From Bacteroidales bacterium (GTDB lineage Bacteria > Bacteroidota > Bacteroidia > Bacteroidales > UBA3824), in NCBI GenBank assembly GCA_017544805.1, contig JAFYDK010000122.1, positions 1,764 to 65,763 on the forward strand: a stretch of DNA of 64,000 bases, read 5' to 3'. The translations under genes were made by a program, and so were the position numbers. Positions 28,222-36,453 of this stretch are shown here, in pieces (position 1 is the stretch's first letter; the number at the start of each line of letters is the position of its first letter). Below the pieces are notes generated by a model. The model was not told where the DNA came from. It made no database searches and saw nothing but the letters and a program-made list of their open reading frames with translations.

Positions 28222-31200
28222 GTGAAAGAAAAGTTAATAAAATTTCAGTTTCTTATATATGCGGTTATACTTTTTATAACTGCCTCTGTATTAGAATCAT
28301 ATCTGAGCGGTCTAAACTCGGGCGGCATCAATGTCGATAGAGTGGAGTCCGTGCTGCACCGTAAGGAGGCGGGGTTGGACAGCGCAATCAATTTCATCAA
28401 AAACGAAATTGAGAGTGGTGAAAATCTCGTTAAGGAAAATTCCGTATGGGTTAGTTCGCGGGATTTAACCTACTTGAGGCGGCAAGGTCTTACCGTACTT
28501 GTTTACGAAAACGATACGTTAAGATTTTGGACAGACAATACCGCACCTGCTGACCGATTGTATTCGCAATCGGCTCTCAATAATCGTATCGCTAATCTTA
28601 ACAATGCGTGGTACGAAATCCGTATGCTTAATAGCGGAAATCTTCGTTATGTTGGTCTTATTTTTATCAAAAACAAATATAATATCAACAATAAATATCT
28701 CAAAAATGATTTTATACCGGAATTGAATCTGCCCTCTTCGGTACAGGTTTCGATGATTCCGCTAAGTTATAGTTTTGATATTAAGGACAAAGAAGATAAG
28801 TATATTTTCTCGTTGGTTCCAACCAATAGTTATGATATTGATTCTAATAGAGTTAATATTGCGGGAATATTGTTTTTCATGGCGTTGCTCTCTCTTTTGG
28901 TTTATGTTTATTCCGTAGTTGAGAGTCTTACCAAGAAAGAGGGTAATTCGCTGAAAATCATTGCTATAATTTCAGGCGTTGTGATAACGGCGTTTATAAT
29001 GTTGATTTTCAGATTTCCGTTTAATGTTTATTCTTTGGACTTTTTTGACCCCGTTTATTTTTCCGGACCGGGTATTTTCAGAACAATTGGTGATTTTATT
29101 CTGAACGTTAGTTTTATGTTTGCTGTTGTGGTTTATATCTTTAAACTTGCTGAATACAAACGAATTAACGAGAAAATAAACGAAATGCCTGATTCCAAAT
29201 TTTTAACGGTTTGGTTTATAGTTTTGGGTGCTGTTTTTTTGGTTTTTGGCTACTTGTATCACGCGGCAAAACTTCTTGTTAAGGAGAGTAAAATTTCTTT
29301 TCAGCTGACAAATGTTATTTCGCTTGATATTTTCAGTTATTCTGGTATTTTGATAATGATAATCCTTGTCGGCATTATGATTTATGTTTTGATGCAGCTG
29401 ACGGGTTATTTCAGATATTCGATTATCAAGGATTTCAACAAAACGCTGATTATTTTTGCTTTAGTTACTATTCTGATTTTTATTATAACGGTTTTAATAG
29501 CGGATTATAAAATAGCTTTTGTCTTTTTGTTTTTTATGCTTTTGACAGGCTCAGCCATGCTTACGCATTATCACAAAGCAGAAAAAAGTGTTTACCGTTA
29601 TATTTTTATGGTGTTTTTGAGTGCGGTTTTCTCTTGTTTTTTAATAACGGTTACAACCGAAGAAAAACTCACTGAGGATAGTAAAAAATTTGTTACATAT
29701 CCTTCCGATGAACACGATCAAATTGCGGAATTGCTGTTGAATGATATTTCCGAAAAACTTCCGAATGACGGCATGATTTCGGACTTTTTGCGCAAGACAG
29801 ACCGTCAAGTTGGCGAAATAAAACTTCGTGATTATATTCAGCGTCAGTATTTTAACGGATATTGGAGCAAATATAATTTGAGTATCGACATTTTGGAATT
29901 TGCTCAAGGTGAGTTGTTTTCAAACTCTGACAGCGAATTTGCAAAAACCGTTAATGAATTGGCTACGGAGGTCAATGGAACGGGTTTTTATTTCGTTGAT
30001 AAACCCGATGGTACGATAAGTTATCTTGCGCCTTTGAGGTTTTCGGTTCAGGACAAAATTTGTTATGTCTGCATTTCGCTTGATTTGAAACCCGTACCGC
30101 AAGAACTCGGTTATCCCGAATTGTTGATGGATAAAAACGTTAAGCCTTCAGTTATAAGCGGTTATGATTACGCAAAATATTGTAAAGGCAGAAAAGTTTC
30201 TCAAAACGGAGAGTTTTCTTACGACTTTTCCGATGAGGTTTTTATCGGGGCTTTTGACCAAGACACCGATACGATAGCCGTTACAAGACTTGCGGATTAT
30301 GTTCATACAGTTTACCGTAACGGTGAAAATACGGTTGTGATTTCACGAAAATCTGTTTCGCTTTTGGAAATCGTAACGTGTTTTGCATATTTGTTTATAA
30401 TTTACATTTTTGTAATGCTTTTGGTCGTTATTATACGACTGATTGTAATGCACAACACCGATTATCGTTATCAGATAAAAACGAGATTGATTTTTTCAGT
30501 AACCTTTATTTTAATGCTTTCGTTTGTGTTGATTTGTGTTGGTTCTATATATCTTAATATCAGAACTTTCAGAGAAAATAATGCTCAAAGCATCGACGAA
30601 AAAGTTAAAAGCGTTTACATGGAATTGGAGCATACGTGTTCTGATACGACAAAATTTCATTCGGTTTGGAATCCTAACGAAAATTCAGCGATGGACGAAT
30701 ATTTGATAACCTTATCACATATTTTCTTCATTGACATCAATCTTTATGGTGCTGATGGAGAGTTAGTTGCAACTTCACGTCCTGAAATTTTCAAACAAGG
30801 TTTGATTTCAACGAGGCTCAATACAAGAGTTTTGCAGGAGTTTGTTATCGAGAGCAAATCGAATTATACTCAGGAGGAAAAAATTGGAAAAATGACATAC
30901 GCCTCAGCGTACATTCCGTTTTATAATTCTTCTGACGAGTTGGCGGCTTATATCAACTTGCCGTATTTTACCAAGCCCGAAGTTTTGCAGAAAGAACTTG
31001 GAACTTTGATTGTTTCGATTGTGAATTTTTATGTTATCCTGATGATGATTTCGATTGTGATTGCCGTGATAATTTCCGAGAGGATTGTTCATCCGATCAA
31101 ATTGATTCAGAATAAGTTGGAAAAAATAGAACTTGGTAAGCAGCACGAAAAGATAGAGTACGGACGCAAAGACGAACTCGGACAACTTGTTGCCGAATAC

Positions 31201-31917
31201 AACAGCATGGCTGAAAAATTGGAAGAAAGTGCCAAACTTTTAGCACAAGGCGAGCGCGAAAGCGCATGGCGTGAAATGGCAAAACAAATCGCCCACGAAA
31301 TCAAAAACCCGTTAACGCCTATGAAACTTTCCATTCAGTTTCTCATGCGTAGTAAAGAAAACAATGATGCGGATTTTGATAAAAAATTGGAAAAAGTTTC
31401 CAATACGTTGATTCAGCAGATTGACACGTTGTCGTCTATCGCAACGGGTTTCAGCAACTTTGCTAAAATGCCCAAACCAAACGAACATCCGTTCAACGTA
31501 ATCGAAACACTTTCCAATGTGATTCAACTTTTTAACAACGTTGATAACATCGACATAACCTCCGACCTCGGCGGATACGAAGATATTACAATCGTTGCTG
31601 ACAAAGAACAAATTTCAAGGGTTTTTATCAACCTTATCAAAAACGCAACTCAAGCAATACCCGAAGGTATTAGAGGTAAGATTCATGTCAGCCTCGAAAA
31701 ACAGGACAAGCTGATAATTAAAATTTCTGACAACGGTTGCGGTATACCCGACGAAATACGCGGAAAACTTTTTACGCCAAGTTTCACAACCAAATCCAGC
31801 GGTTCAGGACTCGGCCTCGCAATGGTTAAAAACATAATAATCAACGCTAAAGGTAATATCACTTTTGAATCCGAAGTCGGAAAAGGTACTACTTTTATTG
31901 TTACGTTACCGTTGTAG
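28222..31917 (+). CDS. Very large (1231 aa) multi-TM sensor histidine kinase, NtrY-like H-box
   Basis: GTG start. Two blocks of TM helices flank a large extracytoplasmic or loop region. A HAMP-like linker is followed by the H-box IAHEIKNPLTPM and G-boxes DNGCGI...GSGLGLAMVK. Confidence 0.85.
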   Translation: MKEKLIKFQFLIYAVILFITASVLESYLSGLNSGGINVDRVESVLHRKEAGLDSAINFIKNEIESGENLVKENSVWVSSRDLTYLRRQGLTVLVYENDTLRFWTDNTAPADRLYSQSALNNRIANLNNAWYEIRMLNSGNLRYVGLIFIKNKYNINNKYLKNDFIPELNLPSSVQVSMIPLSYSFDIKDKEDKYIFSLVPTNSYDIDSNRVNIAGILFFMALLSLLVYVYSVVESLTKKEGNSLKIIAIISGVVITAFIMLIFRFPFNVYSLDFFDPVYFSGPGIFRTIGDFILNVSFMFAVVVYIFKLAEYKRINEKINEMPDSKFLTVWFIVLGAVFLVFGYLYHAAKLLVKESKISFQLTNVISLDIFSYSGILIMIILVGIMIYVLMQLTGYFRYSIIKDFNKTLIIFALVTILIFIITVLIADYKIAFVFLFFMLLTGSAMLTHYHKAEKSVYRYIFMVFLSAVFSCFLITVTTEEKLTEDSKKFVTYPSDEHDQIAELLLNDISEKLPNDGMISDFLRKTDRQVGEIKLRDYIQRQYFNGYWSKYNLSIDILEFAQGELFSNSDSEFAKTVNELATEVNGTGFYFVDKPDGTISYLAPLRFSVQDKICYVCISLDLKPVPQELGYPELLMDKNVKPSVISGYDYAKYCKGRKVSQNGEFSYDFSDEVFIGAFDQDTDTIAVTRLADYVHTVYRNGENTVVISRKSVSLLEIVTCFAYLFIIYIFVMLLVVIIRLIVMHNTDYRYQIKTRLIFSVTFILMLSFVLICVGSIYLNIRTFRENNAQSIDEKVKSVYMELEHTCSDTTKFHSVWNPNENSAMDEYLITLSHIFFIDINLYGADGELVATSRPEIFKQGLISTRLNTRVLQEFVIESKSNYTQEEKIGKMTYASAYIPFYNSSDELAAYINLPYFTKPEVLQKELGTLIVSIVNFYVILMMISIVIAVIISERIVHPIKLIQNKLEKIELGKQHEKIEYGRKDELGQLVAEYNSMAEKLEESAKLLAQGERESAWREMAKQIAHEIKNPLTPMKLSIQFLMRSKENNDADFDKKLEKVSNTLIQQIDTLSSIATGFSNFAKMPKPNEHPFNVIETLSNVIQLFNNVDNIDITSDLGGYEDITIVADKEQISRVFINLIKNATQAIPEGIRGKIHVSLEKQDKLIIKISDNGCGIPDEIRGKLFTPSFTTKSSGSGLGLAMVKNIIINAKGNITFESEVGKGTTFIVTLPL

Positions 31918-31920
31918 TAA

Positions 31921-32102
31921 TCGCCTCAAGCCGGCGGGCTGTTCTTTCTTGAAAGAAAGAACCGAAGAACTTTTAATTACTTATTTTAAATGCGTTAGGG
32001 GCTGTGGTTATTAGACCACAGCCCCTAACGCATTTAAAATAAATTTTATAAAAGTTTTCCGGTTCCCTTTTTCAAAAGGGAACGCCCCCGCCTCGAGCGG
32101 CG
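31921..32102. repeat. Nested palindromic element of about 180 bp filling a convergent intergenic gap (also a likely bidirectional terminator)
   Basis: Perfect 28-bp arms at 31981-32008 and 32015-32042 with a 6-nt loop. The outer 60-nt arms are imperfectly complementary. Each outer arm carries its own hairpin (31941-31962 and 32062-32083). Both ends are GC-rich. Confidence 0.85.
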
Positions 32103-32103
32103 T

Positions 32104-32532
32104 TTACTTCACCGTAACGACAATCGGAGTGTTTATTTGTCCTAATCTGTTTTTGACTTGGTAGCTGAAATAACCGGGGATTTGGTATTTTCCGGGTTTA
32201 ACGCCTTGAGATACGGTGATATTGTATTTAAGGGTAACGGTACTTCTTTCGATAGGGAGTTTATACCATTGATAGAAGACTTTGTTGTTTTCAAAATAGA
32301 AGTTAGCGTTATCGGATTCGCCGCTTATTTCGGTTGCTGCGAAACCTTCCGGCAAGAGTTGTTGGAATTGAGCGTAGCAAGCTAAATCGCATTTGTTAAT
32401 TTTTACGGACATAACGAAGGAGTTACCTTGTTTTACGATTGTGTCCGAGGTGCAATTTGCTGAAGGTATTTGGGCTTTTAAGTTGATAGCCGCTAAGAGT
32501 ATTGTCGCTAAAAGTAAAAAAAGTTTTTTCAT
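32104..32532 (-). CDS. Hypothetical secreted protein
   Basis: Signal peptide MKKLFLLLATILLAAINLKAQ. No recognised domain. Confidence 0.6.
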   Translation of the reverse strand: MKKLFLLLATILLAAINLKAQIPSANCTSDTIVKQGNSFVMSVKINKCDLACYAQFQQLLPEGFAATEISGESDNANFYFENNKVFYQWYKLPIERSTVTLKYNITVSQGVKPGKYQIPGYFSYQVKNRLGQINTPIVVTVK

Positions 32533-32590
32533 TTTTTTTATGCGTTTAATTTTATTTGTTGATAATTATATATTTTTTGTTGCTAATAAA

Positions 32591-33211
32591 TTATGCGTTT
32601 ATTATTCGTTGTATTGTTTCTTCAGGGGAGTCAGACAAGGTGAAGAGGTCGATGTCGGACTGTTTGATTGTTTTGTAATCATTTTTTAATGTATTTTTTA
32701 GCCAATCTGTCATTGGTTGCCAAAAAGTTTTGTCCTGCAGTATAAGCGGACGTTTTTCGATGTTTCCCATTTGCATAAGGGTCAGACATTCAGTGATTTC
32801 GTCTAACGTTCCTAATCCGCCGGGCAGAGCAATGAAAGCTTTGGCATATTTCCAAAACAGATATTTTCTTGCTGCCATATCGGTTAATAGGAGATGGTTT
32901 TCTTTGTCGATAAAATCGTTTTGAATACATATATCAGGAAATTCCATGCAAATTCCGATGGATTTTCCTTTGGCATTTTGAACGCCTTTGTTTACGGCTT
33001 CCATTATGCCCGGACCGCCGCCGGTGATAACTTCAAAACCTGCGAGGGCAAGTTTTTCGCCCGTTAAGACGGCATCTTCGTAATATTTTGTACCCGCTTT
33101 GATTGCTGACGAGCCGAAAACGCAAATGCAGTTTTTATGTTTGTCCAAAACGCTTTTGGCATTTATGATTTCGTCCAAAGATTTTTGCAGTTTTTCTTTT
33201 TCTGTTACCAT
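32591..33211 (-). CDS. LOG-family protein (TIGR00730-type lysine-decarboxylase-like Rossmann fold / nucleotide phosphoribohydrolase)
   Basis: Motifs ...VITGGGPGIMEA... and ...ALPGGLGTLDEITE... (PGGxGTxxE). Confidence 0.85.
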   Translation of the reverse strand: MVTEKEKLQKSLDEIINAKSVLDKHKNCICVFGSSAIKAGTKYYEDAVLTGEKLALAGFEVITGGGPGIMEAVNKGVQNAKGKSIGICMEFPDICIQNDFIDKENHLLLTDMAARKYLFWKYAKAFIALPGGLGTLDEITECLTLMQMGNIEKRPLILQDKTFWQPMTDWLKNTLKNDYKTIKQSDIDLFTLSDSPEETIQRIINA

Positions 33212-33291
33212 TTTTTCTTGATTAAAGTTTTATGCAAAAATAGAAATATTTTGTTTATTTTTGAAAAAAATATTTACACAAAAAACTTATT

Positions 33292-34377
33292 ATGAAAATA
33301 TTGAAAGAATTTAAACATTTTGTTTTCAGGCAGTATCGAAGGCGTGAAATAAAAAAACACGAACTTGATTATTTGTTTTGGGAGTGTACTTTGAGGTGCA
33401 ATTTGAATTGTCTGCATTGTGGAAGCGATTGTTTGAAAAATTCTCAAATTCCTGATATGCCGAAGGAAGATTTTTTTTCGGTTTTGGATGATATTTCTTC
33501 TTCGGGTTTAAGTCGAAATCTTACAATTTGTATTACGGGAGGAGAGCCGCTTTTGAGGGAGGATTTGCTACTTGTGGGAAGAAAAATCCGCGAGAAAGGT
33601 TTTAAATGGGGAATTGTTACAAATGGCTTAATGCTTGATAGAGAGCGTTTTATTTCGCTTTTGAATGCTAAAATGTCATCTCTTAGCATAAGTCTTGACG
33701 GTTTTGAATTGCAACACAACAAATTGCGTTGCAATTCTAATTCTTTTTCAAAGGCTTTTGAGGCGGTGAAAACGGCGGTGGAATTTTCTCAAAAAGGTTT
33801 TCTTATTTTTGACGTTATAACTTGTGTTAGCAGTTTAAACTTTTCTTCGCTTGGAAAATTTCGTGATTTTTTGATTGACAGCGGAGTAAAAAGATGGCGG
33901 ATTTTTTCGATTTTTTCAAGCGGTAGGGCGGACAAAAACTTAGAATTTCTTTCGCTTTCCAAAACGCAATACAGAGAATTGTTGGATTTTATAAGTTTTA
34001 CACGGAAAAATTTTGGCAACAAAATCAGTTTGAATTATTCTTGTGAAGGCTTTTTAGATGATTATGAATTGGAAGTCAGAGATTATTTTTATTTCTGTCG
34101 GGCGGGAATTAGTGTGGCCTCCGTTATGTGTGATGGAAGTTTAACGGGTTGTCTTAGTGTTAGAGCAAAGGATTTTATTCAAGGCAACATTTACGAAAAA
34201 AGTTTTTCAGAAATTTGGAAAAACGGTTTTTCTGTTATGCGGGATAGGAGATGGGCTAAAAAAAATAAATGTCAAAAATGTAGTTTTTGGCAAAAATGTT
34301 TAGGCGGCGGACTTCATCTTTATAAAAGTGTTGATTCTGAGATTTCACATTGTAATTTGAAGGATTTTTTAACTTAA
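33292..34377 (+). CDS. Radical SAM enzyme with a C-terminal SPASM domain
   Basis: CxxxCxxC cluster motif CTLRCNLNCLHCG. The C-terminal Cys-rich region ...FCRAG...VMCDGSLTGC...CQKCSFWQKCLGGG is typical of SPASM auxiliary clusters. Confidence 0.85.
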   Translation: MKILKEFKHFVFRQYRRREIKKHELDYLFWECTLRCNLNCLHCGSDCLKNSQIPDMPKEDFFSVLDDISSSGLSRNLTICITGGEPLLREDLLLVGRKIREKGFKWGIVTNGLMLDRERFISLLNAKMSSLSISLDGFELQHNKLRCNSNSFSKAFEAVKTAVEFSQKGFLIFDVITCVSSLNFSSLGKFRDFLIDSGVKRWRIFSIFSSGRADKNLEFLSLSKTQYRELLDFISFTRKNFGNKISLNYSCEGFLDDYELEVRDYFYFCRAGISVASVMCDGSLTGCLSVRAKDFIQGNIYEKSFSEIWKNGFSVMRDRRWAKKNKCQKCSFWQKCLGGGLHLYKSVDSEISHCNLKDFLT

Positions 34378-34494
34378 AAAGAAGGAAATGCGCTGTCGTT
34401 TGAAAAAAAAATATTCCTTTTTGTGCACAATTTAATTAAAAAGTTTGTATGTTTGCAACTCAAAAGTAAAACAAATTTTAACTATTATAAATCA

Positions 34495-34716
34495 ATGAAA
34501 TCAAAATTATTAGCATATTTGCTGTGGTTTTTTTTAGGAGTATTTGGTGTTCATAAATTCTACTTGCACAAATGGTTGTGGGGCGTATTATATTTTTTTA
34601 CTGGTGGTTTTGCTTGTATAGGTTGGTTGATAGACCTATTCACGCTTGGAACGCAAGTTGATGCCTACAATTTAGCAACTTTCAATAAAAAACTTATTGA
34701 AAATAATATTAAGTAG
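34495..34716 (+). CDS. TM2 domain-containing small membrane protein
   Basis: AYLLWFFLGVFGVHKFYLHKW...GGFACIGWLIDLF matches the TM2 signature. A -7 box tatgtttg lies at 34448-34455. The ATG at 34495 is preferred over the ORF-track start at 34423. Confidence 0.8.
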   Translation: MKSKLLAYLLWFFLGVFGVHKFYLHKWLWGVLYFFTGGFACIGWLIDLFTLGTQVDAYNLATFNKKLIENNIK

Positions 34717-34752
34717 TTTTTTTTAAGTCTTAAAAATTTAGGAGAAAAAATT

Positions 34753-35118
34753 ATGAAAAGTTTGAAAAAAATATCCGCTTCGTTATTGGCATTTTTTGGT
34801 ATCGGGACTTTAACGGCCTGTTACGGAATGCCTCCGCAAAATTTTGATGAGACGTTTACGGTTTACGGGCGCGTTTCAAAACTTGACGGTAACGGAGATA
34901 CCGTTAATCTTGAGGGAATAAAAGTCTCCGTTTTGGGTGCTCCTGAAATTTTTACGCAAACCGACAAAAGCGGTTATTATGAGCTTACCTTTACGGATTC
35001 CTCAGTGCAGACAATCTGTTTTGAGAGCACAAATTTTGAGAATGATACCGTCAAAATTCGTTTTAACTCGCCCGGACCTCAAACTTGCGATGTGTTGTTG
35101 AAAGAAAATAAAGAATAA
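34753..35118 (+). CDS. Small lipoprotein with a carboxypeptidase-regulatory-like fold (resembles the radical-SAM-associated putative lipoprotein class)
   Basis: Lipobox GIGTLTAC. The YGRVSK...GIKVSVLG...TQTDKSGYYEL pattern is typical of CarboxypepD_reg-like domains. Confidence 0.7.
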   Translation: MKSLKKISASLLAFFGIGTLTACYGMPPQNFDETFTVYGRVSKLDGNGDTVNLEGIKVSVLGAPEIFTQTDKSGYYELTFTDSSVQTICFESTNFENDTVKIRFNSPGPQTCDVLLKENKE

Positions 35119-35134
35119 ATTTTTTTTTCTTTTT

Positions 35135-35581
35135 TTATCTTTTAATAACACTCAAAATTGCAACTGCGCACGTTGTTTTAGGGCTCAGAGGCATGATGTG
35201 AACCCAATAAACATCGGTTTTGGGACAGAAAAACGTAAATTTGAAATTTCTGGTCGTCGTTGCTAAAATATTATTGTTGTTGTCATAAAGCGATAACATT
35301 GAGTTTACCGCAAGTCCTGTGGCTAAAGATGAATTTCCCTCTTCAAGGTATTGTGTGTCGGAGGGGTTGCAAAGTTGTAAAGTGTACATATATCCTTTGT
35401 TGAGGATAACTTTGTGTTTTTGAATTTTCCCTGACGAGAATTTTGTGTTGAATTCTTTTAAGAAAATAACGCCGGAGTTTTGCAAAGCACACTCGTACAC
35501 AAATCTTTGTTTGCATTGAGCATTAACGCAAAGACTTGATAATGTGATAAATATAACGATAACTAATCTTAGTAACTTCAT
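35135..35581 (-). CDS. Hypothetical secreted protein
   Basis: The ATG at 35581 gives the signal peptide MKLLRLVIVIFITLSSLCVNAQ. The longer ORF-track start (35692) would overlap the divergent radical SAM gene. Confidence 0.5.
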   Translation of the reverse strand: MKLLRLVIVIFITLSSLCVNAQCKQRFVYECALQNSGVIFLKEFNTKFSSGKIQKHKVILNKGYMYTLQLCNPSDTQYLEEGNSSLATGLAVNSMLSLYDNNNNILATTTRNFKFTFFCPKTDVYWVHIMPLSPKTTCAVAILSVIKR

Positions 35582-35671
35582 AATTGAAAATAAATTTTTA
35601 CGTTTCAAAGGTAATATATTTTTTTGATTTAAACAAAAAGCAATCCAAAAACAATTTACAATAAAAAAATT

Positions 35672-36445
35672 ATGTCTACGTTTTTGTTTCACGATTTGGT
35701 TTATGGACCTATAAAATCCAGACGGCTTGGAAATTCTCTTGGTATCAATTTGTTACCGACTGAAAAAAAATATTGTAATTTCAACTGCATCTATTGCGAA
35801 TGTGGAGCTAATATTCCGGGGCATGTCGGACTTTTGCCCGGGCGTGCGGAAATTGCCGCTGCTTTAGAAAAAAAACTTATCCACCTCAAAGAAAAAAACG
35901 AAAAAGTTGATTCAATAACTTTTGCGGGAAACGGTGAACCTACAATTCACCCCGATTTTCACGAAGTAATTTCTGATACTGTTAATTTAAGAAATAAGTT
36001 TTCGCCTGATGCAAAAATTTCCGTTTTGAGCAATGCAACAAGGATTGTAAACGAAAATACCGTTGCAACTCTCAAGATGATAGATAATTGCATTTTGAAA
36101 ATTGACTCTGGCATCGAAGAAACTGCCAAAGCCATCGACCGTCCCGTCGGAAATTATTCTTTGAAACATCAAGTTGAACTTCTTAAACAATTTGACGGAA
36201 ATTTTGTACTTCAAACTATGTTTTTGTCGGGCGAGGTTTCGGGCAAAAAAATTGACAATACGACCACTGAAGAAGTTTCAGCATGGTTGAAAATTGTTGA
36301 AGAATTGCGTCCGAAAAAAGTTATGATTTACACCATTGCACGCGATACACCGGAGAAAAATCTCCAAAAAGCCTCAAAAGAAACTCTTGATAATATTCAA
36401 AAAAAGGTTCAGAATTTAGAAATTGAAATTTCGGTTTCGTATTAG
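35672..36445 (+). CDS. Radical SAM protein (COG0731-like, function unknown)
   Basis: YGPIKSRRLGNSLGINLLP...CNFNCIYCECG N-terminus (CxxxCxxC) and a GNGEPT motif. Confidence 0.8.
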   Translation: MSTFLFHDLVYGPIKSRRLGNSLGINLLPTEKKYCNFNCIYCECGANIPGHVGLLPGRAEIAAALEKKLIHLKEKNEKVDSITFAGNGEPTIHPDFHEVISDTVNLRNKFSPDAKISVLSNATRIVNENTVATLKMIDNCILKIDSGIEETAKAIDRPVGNYSLKHQVELLKQFDGNFVLQTMFLSGEVSGKKIDNTTTEEVSAWLKIVEELRPKKVMIYTIARDTPEKNLQKASKETLDNIQKKVQNLEIEISVSY

Positions 36446-36453
36446 AAAAAATA

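Noticed and set aside
34388-34435. 15-codon micro-ORF (MRCRLKKKYSFLCTI) just after the radical SAM/SPASM gene, as a possible RiPP precursor
   Set aside because: It is too short and too basic, and it has no leader-like region. The same bases form the arms of a weak hairpin (aaggaa/ttcctt) that more likely ends the radical SAM transcript. It cannot be supported from sequence alone.
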